From the human T2T-CHM13v2.0 reference genome, Homo sapiens, in the NCBI RefSeq assembly GCF_009914755.1, contig NC_060926.1: a DNA stretch of 64,000 nt; one strand, 5' to 3'. Shown here one piece after another: positions 13,763 through 30,718 of the stretch (position 1 is its first letter; each line of letters begins with the position of its first letter). Below the pieces are notes generated by a model that was not told the DNA's origin, searched no databases, and saw only the letters and a list, made by a program, of their open reading frames with translations. The position numbers and the translations under genes are program-made.

Positions 13763-16700
13763 TCAAATAGGCAAGGAGAACTGAAAAGCTAAGGGAAGGT
13801 TTTAAATGGAACAATTGTTGTTAAATGTAACTATGCAATATTTTGCTCTTAACTTCACAAAGCTGCTAAAGCATGTATCAATCATCCTATTTTTTCTTAA
13901 TTCTATTTCCTGCGCTTGTTTTATGTGGCCCTCTGAGGGCATTCATGCTCATAGCAGGTCTTTTAACACCCTAGCCTGGGGTGAAGACTGGGAGAGCCCT
14001 CATGGCCGAAACCTGTTCAATCTTTGCAGAAAGAGTCCAGTCTCTGCCAGTACTGAATATTACAGACTTTCGTTCAGCAACTATGGAAACCCTAGTGAAG
14101 GATGAGTAAGGAAAACTGCGAGCTTGCCACCTGCCAGACTGGATGGAAGCAGAGAAAACAGCAAGAATTCAAGTCCAGCATGCTTCCAGCCTAGTCTACA
14201 GGCAGGCTTGGGGCATTCAAACAAACTTGGGACAGCAGGGAGTTAATCCCCTCTTTAATCAATCCATGCCTGACCAGCACGAGTGCCAAGGCTGGCAGAA
14301 GAACGGCCACTTTGATCACTGTTTGGATTGTGGAATGTGCTTCTCGTATTCCCTTGCTGGGGTTCCTGAATAATGATTTCAACAAATTCAAAGCACTTCT
14401 TATTAACTTATTTATTAGTTTACTCATTTCTTAGGCCAGGTGTTTTCTATTAGGTCACTGTCACAAGCAATTACAGGCTGGAATTCTGCCTTTCCTAATG
14501 ATATTGACATATAAAAAATCATTTACTAATAAAAACTATTAAGAGAATTATAGTTAGTTATCTTCATCACCCAATTGCTGAATAACCATAGAGCAGGCCT
14601 TCATGGGGTTATTTTATACTACCTTTACTTATAATAACCTGTAGAAAAATACTGCTACTTGTTAAGTCATAGTTTTTGAACTTCTGTTTTTCCTAAAACT
14701 CACAGAATGTGTTTGATCTTAACATTTTGACCTGATTTTCAACGTGATACTATGTTTAAGTACAAACATTTAAATCACAATTATATCATTACTACTAAAT
14801 TTTCAACCAAAAAACTCTTTCCTTGTAAAAACAAAATTAAGTCGATATAATGCTTTACTTTTCTACATAGCAGAATTAATCCAATTCGATTTTTAAAATT
14901 TTCATTTTTATCTAAATTGACTTGACTTGTATTATTTCTTTTTTATATAAATATTTTAACAAAGATTTGTTTTATCAGTCAGTTTTGTGTCCAAATAATA
15001 CCTTGCCATTGTAACCTTTCTTTTGTGTCCATTATTTCAATATAAGTTTGATTTTCTAAGTACAATTCTGTAAATGTTTACAGCAAAAATAATCAAGATA
15101 TAATTATTCTTTCAATTTTGAGTCAACAACAAATGTTACCACATAGAATTTTGGACATTTAATTGAGTGTGGATATATAGCAATAATATTTGTTATTAGA
15201 CAAAAGCCAATAGTTTGCATTTACTTCTGACTTTAAGCCAAAAGCATTAATGAGGAAGATGTAGGCTCTGAGCACCGACAAGGTCAAAATGACCTTACAA
15301 TGAAAATATCTTCACTCGATGTCAATTAACTTTAAGGGTGGTTCTTAAGCTTGTTCTGGAAGCCTCTGTGCTCTTGGTAGCACACCATGATGTTAGCCTA
15401 ATTTTGTGCTGAATCACATACCATGTTATACTACATCTCATTATAGGTAAGCCATAATAAGCTTCAAAGCTATTTAAGTACCATCAGCAAAAAGAATTTA
15501 GAACTGATAATAGTGTATCTAATACCTCAACTTGTTCTGTACCTTGGGGCAAAGCAGATGCTATGTGATAGTAGTGGTTGAATGACTTATGCTAACAGAA
15601 GAAGTACCAAACACCAAAAAACTGGCCTTGAATGGACCCTCAGACAAAATACATGGGCTCTGGTGCTGAAGATCTAAAAGGTGGAAGAGAAGTCAGCTAG
15701 ATCTGGAAAGGAGGCCTTATAGTCATCTATTTCACCCTCCTGGAGAACAGAAGAACAAGAAATAGCCTCACAATAGTAGGAGACTTTTAATTTTTTTTAG
15801 TTCACATAGTGACCAAGTGGCAGAGGTGAAATGTTAATTCAGCCCTTTTCAGTGTTATTTGAAAAGAGCTGGATAGACCATTGAGCATTTTGTGTAGTGG
15901 CTAATGACAGGGATTTGAAAACCTGGTGGAGAATATAGGGTATCTCTACTATCTATTCCACAGTTCTCTTTTTTTTCATGTAATGTGTTTTCCTTCTTTT
16001 CTAGAATCTTTAGTCCAAGTTTTCAGGAGAAAGATGAGAGGAGAACACCACAGGGCCTGCAAAGACTGGAAGGGCTTAAATATTACGGGAGAAAATGTCC
16101 TCCTATTTTTAACACAGGATCATGATGAAACAGAAGCCTGTGAGAAGCTCAGACTTGGAGATGAGTGAGTGTCTCACCTCTCGCAGGCCTGAGTCACCTG
16201 GTCTATTATGCCTGTATTCTAAAATAATTTAACTGATAAAGATGGTCCACACCCTTTCAGATGAGACTACTGATATGTAGGTATCCTGAGTCTTATACCA
16301 GTAAAGTCCATTCTCCATGTAGAAAGTTCTCACTGAACTTGTAGGACTTATAGTATCTTTATGTTCTCTACAGACTGATATACTTCTTCATTTTGCTCAT
16401 TCCAAGAAAATAACTACCTCTTTCAGGTGGTCCAATCATTTTGGTCTTTAAAATCCTTCCCAAACATTCATCTGCATGCTTTATAACTCAATCATTTCCT
16501 ATCTTGGCCCTGTTTCCTCCTACTCTGAAAGACTCAGAAAAGGGAAACCAGAAGAACTGAAACCTAATGAATCTCTTTCTTACAATTAACACTTTATAAA
16601 TCAACTTAAAATTGCCATGCTTAAAGACCTGTTTTCTAATCTTTATTTCTTACTATTCCAGTGTTCCTGCCCCATTTCAAAATATAGCACCTACTGATCT

Positions 16701-17010
16701 GAACGTCTTCTAAAAGTACATTTCACCCCTCTTCCTAAATTTCAGGCCTGGCATCCTAAAATAGGCACTTCAGTTATTTCTTTCCTACTATTATTATTTT
16801 TTAAAGTTTTTTCCTTATAACTATTTGATGCCTGACAGGTATTAGTTATTCAAAATGCTGAATAGAACTACCTGAAATACTCTACTAATTGAGAAAGAAG
16901 CCACCCAGGTTGCAGAGAGCCATGAAGTGGCCTCTGATGAAAAGGCAGGAATTTAAGTGAGTCACCACTTGCCTGCCTCCTCTAATGTGTTCTTTCATAC
17001 ATCACTATTA

Positions 17011-17220
<210 letters not shown>

Positions 17221-19715
17221 CTATGGAAGACAACAGGATGGTATGTTAAGCTGCCAGGCAAGCTGCTGTTCAAGGTTCACCCTTCCGACTGGCATGTTTC
17301 TTGTGCATGAAGCTGCCAGCAAGCTGGAGCCTGGGAACAGCTCCAACTCCTTCACATGAGCCAAAGCTAGACCTGAGTATCACTGGCAACAGGAGAGGGA
17401 AGCCAGCTGTTGCACTGAGGTGTACTCTAAAGGGAAGATGCATCAATGTTCTCAAGTGGCTAGAGCCCAGTCAAATCCACAATGTGGTGTCAGTTTTGGT
17501 GACGGCCCTCAGAGATCATGTGGCCCTGCCCCCTGCCCCCTGCCTCCAGTCCCCTGCCCCGCTCCATTCTGCTATTAGCACACCTAAACACTCTTCGCAA
17601 AAGAGACTCTGACTTAGTGCCAAAGACCTCCCTTGGGAAGCAATTAATAGCTGTCTCCAAAATGGAATTTTCTTTGCCTCCTTTTAAGGCCCTGTCCTCT
17701 TACATAGACAGCCAGTGTGTCAACACCAGAGTCCAAGTCCAGACGCCCAGCCATTTTTTCTTTTGGATTACTCTACCCCTAGACACCAACTCTGAATTTC
17801 TTTCTTGGTCTCAGTTGGCTGTCAGTCGACCCTGTTAAAGGTGTTAGTAAGTAGATTTTTTTAAAAAAAGTAAAAAACAATTAAAAAAATTCCTTCTTTT
17901 GGGGCATTTACATTTTAAAGGAGACCCTCGCACATCTAAAGAAGGAAGTTATAATGGTACATGATAATTGTCTTATTGGCCAAGACCATCCAGAGTGCCC
18001 AGAGTGGTCTCCTTGCCTAGTAAGTCATAAATAACTCATTCAACAGTCTCTTTGCTAATTCTAATTTTTCTAATCTGTCTTCACAGGCATTAAATTATTT
18101 TCTTATAGACTTTTCTCTAACATCCTCCCCCTGCTTTGGGGTATAAATTCCAAGAAAATAATATGGTAGGACATGCCAAATTTATAGAGGAGAACTACTT
18201 CACAGTTTTTTGGCTACTCATTACCTTTGTTTATGGATATCCTCTGAGATTCTGGAGGTGCTTTTATTTGTTTGGGAGTCTAAAAGTTTTATTTGCTTTA
18301 AATCACTCCATTTATTTTTCTTTCTATCAACATGATAGCTGCCAGAGAAATAAGCAGTGGTTGAGCCATCCCAATGACTTCACTGGACTCACCCTGTGGT
18401 GGGTCTATTGACTGCTCAGAAATTGGCCTTCGAAAGAAAAGAGTCTGTTGGGTCCAGGGTCCATGGATTAGTATGACTGTGATCTTTTTAATAAGAGCAC
18501 CGTTTCAGTTTAACAAATCATCTTGTGATTTATTAAGCCCTCTGATCCTTTTTCTCCTATGTATTTTGCCAATATCATGTATCAGTATCACCTACTTTTC
18601 TTTGTAAAGCAGACTTCTCTATGCTGTCTTATTGAACCTTATTCTATTTGTTTCTAGCAATTACACTATGTCAGTTTGATCACCTGGGTTTCTTTTATCT
18701 TCCCAGGTGCATCGTGTTGACTCTAGACTTGATGAGAACATTTTGCACTGAATTGAGGAGAATGAAAGCAACACTGGGCTGATGCCAGCGGAACATAAAT
18801 TGTTATAACCCCTCAGACTGATTAATGCTCTTTCATAAGCTCCCTATCCACTGCCAGCTTGGAAGATGGCTCATAGGTTAGCAAAGCATATTTTCTCAGT
18901 TTACTACTAAATATTTTGGGGGGAAGAGGATTAAACTAAACAAAAAACTTGCTAAGTTTGACATATTTTCAACAGTTACTTTCACTCCATTTACCATATG
19001 CCAAATTAATTCTATGCATCAAAGTAATTCCCCAGATACATTTCCTATTGATTCCTGTTCTACATAGAATCCAACACAGAGACAAATAATAGATCAATAT
19101 TATTTGTGAGCAAGAAATGGCTTCAGATGCCTTTTCGTGGATAAAGCCAGAGAACTGAAAGTTCAAAACAACAGAATTCTTTATATATATATATTGTTTT
19201 TTTATATATATGTGTGTATATATATATAAAATACATATATATAAACTGCCAAAATTACAGATCTGAACATATTTAGGGTAGAAAAACTGACATCTTTAGA
19301 TACTCTGCTCTTACGAACATTTGGCCATGATTTCAACGGAAGAAAAAGAAAGCTTAAGTATCGAATAATTACAGTAACTACATTTACTATTTGCTCATTT
19401 AGGTTTTTTGTCTTTGTCCCTGTGAGAGTCTCTAACCTGAATCCAAATGTGGCTACAAGAAGCTACTAGAAGCTGTCTGCACAGCATAATCACATAAACA
19501 ATAGATTACATGCTATTCCCCTCCATAGTCTTCTTCCAACCTGTAATTACTATCACTTAGGCTAGCTGCTTTCTTCCCATCTGCTATGAATCTTCTGTTA
19601 TAATCCACAGATAATACAGTGTGAACACTACCATTCCCCTTAATCTGGTTGGTCAGCATAGAGAATTCTTTTTGCCCCACCAGACATGGAGTGCATTTCT
19701 CTATTGCACCGAACA

Positions 19716-20192
<477 letters not shown>

Positions 20193-21174
20193 TGCATTGA
20201 ACATTCTTTAATTGATAAGGCAACCTGCATCCCATTTCTTAAGTGCACGTGGCTCTAACTGTCAAGGCTGTGCAACTGCCTGTTGTTGGAGGAAGACAAG
20301 GCAGATGGATAGGTAACATTCCACCACAGAGAGAATTTTTGAAAAGAAGTTTCCAAAATATAATTATAACTGATAAACTGAATACCTTGCATTTGTAAAC
20401 ACTCTCTGATAATGGACTACCACATACATAAAAAATTAGGAAAGTTCGAAAAGTATAGGTGGCCATTTAATTTTAATATGATTCCCAATCTTACCAGAAC
20501 TAATGTAAACTTTTCCAGAATTAGCTAAAACGTGTTCTAGGAAGACCCCTTGATCAATGCTTTCTTTTATTTTTTTTTCTTTCTTTCTCACTGGAGATGT
20601 TTGTAATTAAATTCTATTACTCTGGAATCTTATTAGTGTCATTATTGAATCCTTTTCTGAAATTGCAGTCATTGTGGATACTCCCTTACGAAGTAGTCCA
20701 GATGGTACATTTAAAGGGATGTGCATAATTTACCAAGGGTCATTGAGTGAAGCTTTATTTTAGAGTCCTCAAGGGGTGAGCTCTAATTACAACGATGCCA
20801 GCTTTAAAATATTCACTAGTTTTCTTTCAATAAGCCTTTCATGTCCGTTTTATCATATGTGAAATTTATTTTTTCATAATCTTTGCATTTTCTTAAAAGT
20901 CAAAGTTTAATTTTGTTTTACTCTGGTTTTGAAAGTTCACCAAGTAAAAATACTATCCCATATTTTTTATCCATGAATCTATGTGCGTATGTATCTATCT
21001 CCCATACTGTACCATGTAGGCCATTTAATTCTTGTCCTTGAAATCAATAGTCATTGGTTGTAATGTTGAACTAGCTTGCTAGATATATCTGTATTAAGAA
21101 ATTTGAGTTTAATGTATCATTTCAAACCCCGTGCCCACTCCATCATACAGTAATGCAGAACTTCCTGAATCTCA

Positions 21175-21414
<240 letters not shown>

Positions 21415-23369
21415 TTAGATTCTGAATGTAGTTCCTGCTAGCCAAGCAGGACAACAGCATTCTTGAGATAGCTCTCAAAACAATAAGACACTTGTTCATT
21501 TTAACGCAAGTCTTCCAGGTTAACACAGTTCTCTTATGTTTTCTTTACTCACAGGGAAGTGACTAAGTAATCTAATTATGTTTTTAAAGCCTACCTATTA
21601 TCTGAGCTCTGCTTAAGGCAATATTCTAGAAAAAAAGAAATCTCAGGTTTTACAAAATACGTGTTATCTACGGGGTATCAGTGATATGTAGCTGACATTT
21701 GTTTGATTTTTTGTTGGATTCTCTCACCCAGGAGCACAAAGGAAGGCAATGCTTACACTGCTTCAAAAATCATGAATGAAGGAATTTAAATATGAACATT
21801 TCTATCCATCACACAAGTCTACCTCCCCTTATACAGCATGAGAAATATGTCCAATAGCTAGGGGATGATATGATAAATAGGCCTTTAGAGAAAGCCAAAT
21901 AATACCAGATACTAGAGCTATTAATGACTTTAATGGAGTAAGGGCAGGATATTAGTTGTTATTAAATTAAAAAAAAAGACTTGTAAAATGGTAAAGCAAG
22001 TGAATATTACCCAGGAAAAGTTGCAAAACACACTTTTTTTTCTGCCTCAAATGTCTTGTTTGTTTATGCTTAGGTATAAGGTATTTTCAGTCAGGTTTTC
22101 AATGTCCTAGGGTTCCACCTGGGGAAATTAATTCAAGTCTAATTCAGACCCCTCAGGTATCCCCAGGGCTATCATTTAAAAGGTTTCTTTGCTTTCTTAG
22201 GTAGGGCTACGAAACAGGACAATAAATTGCACTGGAAATTGCTTTGATACATTGCAGTAAACTCTGAAAACCCAATGTATTGCATTCATCCTTGTTACGC
22301 ACAAAAGGACACTTGTACTGCATTCCCCCCTGCTTAAATATTTGGCCAAGGTTTTATCTATGTAAATGTATCATTCTAGAAGCCTCCTTTAACTTTTCTT
22401 TCTCTAACTACTGGGAAAAAATAAAAGATCTTCAACATTCACAAAGATCTATTCTTTTCTAAACGAATGGACTTGGAATTCAAGAGGACAAGCATAAGAA
22501 TCAAAACTGGAGCCAAAGAAATAGAATACTATACCCCCCTGCCCCCCTCCAAAAAAAGCTCAGCCAACCAACCAACAACAAAAAACCCCCATTGCTTGGG
22601 ATTGCAGATGCAAAATGAAGAGTGTTAAAAGGGGAAAATGGCTGGTAACTGTCAGCTTCGTGTTGATTTTAACAGTGTCAGTGTTAATGGCCAATAACTG
22701 TTTTATGATTCTGTGTTTATTCCATTAGTATTTTATATTCAGATAGTCGAGCTAAGATAGCACAGCCATTAACTGTGTACTTAAAACTCTTCACTGTGTC
22801 CTAATCCCCGCTTATCTACCAGTGGTAAAATGAAGGCCATTAGATACTGGAAAACCTTGCATGGTATAAATGTTTTATAAATCCTGTATATACATTCTGA
22901 GATTTGGTAGCCAACCAACTAGAAACATTGCTTTGTCTCATTTAGAATAAGGATTTTTTTTAAAGAATAGAAAAAAGGCAAATACAAAACCTAAAACAAC
23001 AACAAAAAAAAAAAAAAGGAAGAAAGAGGCAGGAAGACAGGCAGGCAAATACAAGTGCAAAAAAATAAATAAGTGAAGCTACCTCCTGATTTTCTCAGTA
23101 ATTGATCATTTGTTGTGTAAACTGATCCTTAATGCTTGCTTCTCAGCTCATTTTTATTTAAGACACCGTCTTATTGTTCATTAGCACTTTCTTCCCCCTG
23201 CCCTCCCAAAAAAAAACATAGAGGGAAAGATAATTCATTTTGCTTCTAGTTTGTGGCTGTTAATATGGTCATACATCTACAGTCAGCTTCAAAATCCCTC
23301 TTTTATTGGAAACATGGTTTAAAAATGGATGCAGGAATATGAGGAGGCTTCAAGGGATGAGAAAACTTA

Positions 23370-23729
<360 letters not shown>

Positions 23730-24127
23730 TCACCAAGCATTTATTACTTGAATCTTTTTGGGTATCTGTATCCGGTATGCAATGAAACTCAACATTATTT
23801 CCAGGCCTTTCTGACCAAAGTCGCTAATTCACTAGTAGACTGTACCCTAGGAGCTGGGTTTGCTTCCTGTGATAGATGGAAATTATCCAACTGTAATGAA
23901 TCTACGGCTCCAACAGCTCCACATTACAGGAATAAATCAAAAACTACCCTCGTTGAACATGGATTATTTAATAGCCTTAAAAATCACATCATTCTCCATT
24001 TCTCCTCTTCTTTCTTTGCCCATTAAAAGAAATCCACGAATACCACCGAACACAACAAACACAAGGACTCTGTTAGGAGTTTTCTAAATACCAACATTCT
24101 TGGGTTTAATATAAAGTAGTCACATAC

Positions 24128-24189
24128 CCTGAGGAATGCATCCAAGGAGCCATTCTCCATGTACTCTGTTATGATCATTACTGGTTTAC
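24128..24189 (-). CDS. EPHA4: EPHA4 coding exon (exon 12, 62 nt), kinase hinge
   Basis: Acceptor ctctag|GTAAAC, donor CTCAGG|gtatgt; encodes (C)KPVMIITEYMENGSLDAFLR. Confidence 0.96.
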
Positions 24190-24697
24190 CTAGAGTTTTC
24201 AGAAAGAAAAACACAAACCTTTGATGAGCGCTGCACTTAATGAGATAAAAATGGGCTGCGCACAATTTTACTGCCAAGATACCTGTCTTGTGTGATCTAA
24301 TTTAATTAAAACAAGCCAAGCTTATGCCTCAGCTGTGGGGAGCTAGGAATGAAATATTAAAAGGACGAGTAGGTTTAAATTCCATCTGGATAGTTAAACC
24401 TTTGGGTGGCTTGTTGACAAGGTCTTTAACTAAAGTGGCCTCTGGTATCCAGGGAGCATATGAATGGATAATTGCTCTCTCAAGCAAAAGGGGAAAATGA
24501 TAAATGGGGAGGCCTGTTTCAATGCAGAAATAATCTTTAGGATAATTAATTTATTTTGTCCTCAGAAGAGCCACTTGTAAGAAGCTAAGGAGGTCAATAG
24601 GCAATAAACTTCTTTATTTAGAGAAATCCATGTTTCAGGGAGCAGTAGCTATGTTGAATCCTTCCTTACCCAGACAAGCCTTAAAACCAAGCACGCA

Positions 24698-25010
<313 letters not shown>

Positions 25011-25569
25011 AGCATGCGACTTCTCTCCACTGTCTTGCTCAGCTCAGGGCCTCTGTCTTTCTCTTCACTTTCCATAGCTATGAATAAACTTGCTTTGGTC
25101 TGATTCCTTAAACTGCCTACCTCAAAAAACAAACAAACAAAAACCCCAGAACAGTCACAGGAAAGGTTCAGAAAATTATTTCATCTGAGACAGGAATTTA
25201 AATTCAATACTAGAACATCCTTATTTCCCCCATTCCCCCTACCTATTTTTTTTTTCTGCAAAGAAATAAAAATGATTTTAAGCTCTGAGCAGAATGAGGT
25301 GTAAATAAGATTTTCACAAAAGTCCGCTTTCTGAGGACTTTAGGACATAAGAACCATTCTTTACCTTCTTGATCACAGGCAATAGGCTCAAGGTCTGAAA
25401 TTCCTTCTTTCTAAAGGGTATTTATTGTTGGCAAGTGGAGGGTGGGAATCATGAGGTGTTTTTTTTTGCTTTGTTTTGTTTTTTCTAAGAGCAGGATAAA
25501 ACAGGTCCCTAAAATATTCCTTTGGAAGAAAATAAAATGTCAGTTTGATATACCAAAAATATTCACACT

Positions 25570-25901
<332 letters not shown>

Positions 25902-26394
25902 TTAGACTTCAGTCTAGAAAAATGGGCTGAACTATTTCACCGCTGAAAAGCACCCATAATTATTCTAAAGAAATACATTTTCCACCCAGTGATTCCATCA
26001 GCTTATAATTTCTGGCATATAGGGCATGGGGAAATTTTTCACCTTAGGGGCAAAAGTGTTGAAGAGTGGGTTTTTAATTCCATGAAGTCCAATATATCAA
26101 TTTGTGATATTTCTTGATTGCTTGAGTTTTTGGTGTTGTGTCTAAGAAATTACTCAGAGGCAAACACTTTTGCATTAGAAAATGGTACCATGGACATTTT
26201 ATTTTCAAGTGAGGAAAGAAGGCTGGTAGAAAAAGTGGGAATCTTGGTGCAGACCAAAGGTGCATAAAACCACTTTTAAGTCTTTTCTCTACGCTGGCAG
26301 GGGTGTGTCTGCACATTCTCTATCAATACAAATAGGAAATGCTTAGTTCTCAGATTCATTTACCCTCTACATATGTGACCAGGGTTTTCTACTC

Positions 26395-26718
<324 letters not shown>

Positions 26719-27959
26719 TGTGACCATAGTCTTCTGACAGAACAAATGTGCCTAAATGAGTTTTAATCAACCTGCCTCAATCAAAAGATACTTTGTCAAC
26801 TAACGAGAAAGGGCAGCCTCTCATGGCTGTGCATTAACACCTCCTTGCATTTCACCAGATCCCTCTGGAGCTGTGGAGACGACAGGAGAGGATCCAAAAG
26901 TGAGGGTCATGCGGAGAATTTATGGTCCTCCTGCCAATTTAAAAAGTTACTCAAGTAACTGCTGGTAATGAATTCACAAGCTTCCACTCTACCCTTTCAC
27001 CCTCACACCTCCCTAGTCGGACTCTTGGCACCATCTTCACAAATTTTCTGCATTCCATTTTCTGTTTATTAAAAGTATCCATTTGTCAGATCCTTTATGA
27101 GCTCTACAAGGGAAACAAAGATGAATGTCTCCATAAGCAAAGGGGCTTATAAAATAGGCCTGGGCTGGGCTCTTGGATAGAGGAGTCTCCTTCCCTGCAG
27201 TAGGCAGGGATGCAGTGGGGAGGAAAGGGGTGGGGGAAGGGAATAGCTTCTCCAATAGAAATTTTAAATCATTTTAATTCAGTGACAACTGCATTATGCA
27301 AATGCATCCAGTCGTTTATAACAGTTACAGCTGTAATAGCTACGTGTTTTAGAGGCGCGGTGGGACTTTAATACAAAGATCCCCTGTTTCTTCTCTCTTC
27401 TGCAGAGGTGCTAGGAAAATCACTGTCTGCGACAGGAAAAACACCCTAAGCTGAACAGAGCCTCCTTTTTAGAAAACGGACCTGCAAAAGTATTTAAAGG
27501 GAATGTTATCTTTTAATTAAAGTAGTGAAGGGCTCTGGGCGGCCCTGAAGGCCACAGGCAACAGAAAAATATCCTGTCTGTAAAACTAATCTCAAAAAGC
27601 AAATAGAGCTATTCTATGCTAATTATAGCCTTCACCTTATGCGGAAAATTATATATCCTTCTCACCAAGGTTCCTTTTTTTTTTTTTTTGAAAGATTCTG
27701 AAGATGGGGAAAGATGTACCTACTTCTTAAGACATAATAGCACCACTGAACACGTACGAGGTTTTTTCTGAAAAAATTTGCTATTGTGGTAACCACTCTA
27801 AGTATTCTATTTCATCCCCAAAATAACCTTATAAGGCAAATGCTCTTTTTACCTCCATTTTACAGATGAGAAAACTGAAAGAGAAAGATTGAACAAGTAG
27901 TCCAAGGTCACAAGCTTTAGAAGCAGCAGAGGTGGTATGCGGTCGTTTGTCCCCAGGCC

Positions 27960-28135
27960 AATGGTTCTCAAAGCGTGATTCCCATACCAGCAGCATTGGC
28001 TTCACCTGTGGTGAGCTCTCTTGCACTCCAAACTTACGGGCCGCACACCACCTGCTGAATCAAACCTCTGAGCAGGAGGCCCAAGAAACTGTCCTAACAA
28101 GCTTTCCAGAAGATTCTTATGTTTGAGGACCCCTG
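27960..28135. mobile_element. MER5A-like hAT DNA transposon
   Basis: ggttctcaaagcgtgattccc..accagcagcattggcttcacctg...ctgaatcaaacctctg...tttgaggaccc. Confidence 0.7.
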
Positions 28136-28246
28136 AACTGTATAGTGTGTACTTTCTCTCCCATTTTAGTAACCACCTCATTTCTTCTTCCTAAAGATTT
28201 TGTACTTTGTGTCCTACTAGCCACCTGCCCCAGGCCTAATGTCTCA

Positions 28247-28248
28247 TT

Positions 28249-28280
<32 letters not shown>

Positions 28281-28992
28281 AAGTAGAGACAGGTTTCTAT
28301 TAAAAAAATAGAGTCCAGGTGCCTCTGTCACCTGGACTGGGGTGCAGTGGTACTATCGTAGCTCACTAGGAATGATATGGACAGGCGGCAGGGAAATACT
28401 GGGTAGAAGAGGGTGGTTCCCTGCAAAGGCCCCACCTTCAACACTGGAAACCGTGGGCATTACCTTAGGAATAGTCAAACTCCAGGGGAAGATTATCTTC
28501 CTATTCCTTCCCCTTTCCAGCTCCCCATCCCGCTGAGAGCCACCTCCATCACCCAATAAAACCTACACATTCACCATCCTTCAAGTCCATGTGACCTGAT
28601 TCTTCCTGGACACCAGACAGGAACCCAGGTACCAAGACGGGAGGGTGAAAAAGGCTGTCACCCCGACTCTCCACTGAGCTGGTTAACACTTAGCCATCCG
28701 TGGATGACAACTGCTAAAAGAGCATTATTTGTAACATACACCTGGGGCTCCAGAGGTCACTGGCAACCACTCGCCCAGGCTCCTGCAGGTGCTAAACTGT
28801 GTGCTCCCCCTCCTACAAGAAGTTTGAGCTCGGTGGCCAAGCAAAACAAGTCACACCCCATTACAAGTCCCACGAGGGGTCCAGGAAACTTACCCATCTC
28901 AACTGCAGCCTCAAACTCCTGGGCTCAAGTGATCCTCCTGCCTCAGCCTCCTAAGTAGCTAAGACTACAGGTATGAGTGATTACACCCAGCA
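28247..28992 (-). mobile_element. Old Alu arm (AluJ/FRAM-like) split by an LTR
   Basis: The Alu stops at ...gctcact (28367) and resumes at actgcagcctcaaactcctgggctcaag (28902). Confidence 0.8.
28373..28901 (+). mobile_element. Solo ERV1 LTR, MER50-like
   Basis: TG...CA termini; start tgatatggacaggcggcagggaaatactgggtagaagaggg resembles the MER50 consensus as I recall it; AATAAA at 28555-28560. Confidence 0.78.
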
Positions 28993-29862
28993 TCAGTTTT
29001 TCTCTTTAACCTACCCTCCTCCGACTGCTCCCCCACACTGGGGTGGCTATATTGCCATTACTCTGCACACGCTGACTGAAGATGCTTTCCACAGACACCT
29101 TGAATCAAAGAAGAAAAGCCTTGGCTTTCCAGGGGACACAGCCCCAGGCTTATGAGATCCTTGACTTGTAGTAACTGTAGTGTGTATGAGGGCTCTTGGA
29201 ACACAGCCACCTTAAACAGGGACTGCCTCAGCTGTGCTGTCTATGTGGCACTTTATAAGTTGGTCTTAGCCAGCCTTACAGATTTACTCAGGATTTGCTT
29301 CACAAAATGCATCTGTTGAGCTGTGTCGCATTTTAACTGAAGCGTGGTTCATAGGCTCAGCGAATGCTAATGGACTAAAAAAGGAAAGTTCAACCAGGTG
29401 TTACTGTAAATAGGTGCTGAACTGCAACAGCCATAAATCAGGCAGAGCAGACAAGCAAATCCCGCAATATATTCAAGATTCCCAAGCTTCACTCTCTGCA
29501 TCTGGAACCAAAGATTCCAGCACAAGGTGTGGCCAGGTTTTGTTGTGCTTTATAGGAAAAGTACTTAAATTTTATTTTGCTTACCATCTGCTTGAGCCCA
29601 CCCTATGACAATCAGTTTGGCCTAGCAAATATCTGAAGGATGGCATGGCATACCAAAAATCTGCAATATTAATTTCTCTAAAATCTCACACAAGCTGCCT
29701 TGGAGATAGGGTATCCAGCCAAAACCAAAGACCCATTTAGAGCTGACTACAAGATTAATGACTTGTCCTGCACTGATTTCCTCCTATTAGCAATCAGTGG
29801 GTCTGCGCCATCTGTCATTTCCCTGGAAAGAAAATGTGTGTTTAATTTCCCAGTAACTTCTA

Positions 29863-30204
<342 letters not shown>

Positions 30205-30409
30205 TCACAAAATCCTCCATGCAACCCTGAAGTAGATGCTACTATTAGCCCCATTTTATTAGAGAAAACTAAGGCTTAATGCAAAAAACCTACACAAAAT
30301 CTTAGTTAGTAAGAAACAGAGTAAATCTTTTGAATGCAATCAATCTGATTTCAGATTGCATTAAGTTTCTCTCTAAGAATAAAATCAAAATTTGTACTAG
30401 AGTTCTTTA

Positions 30410-30718
<309 letters not shown>

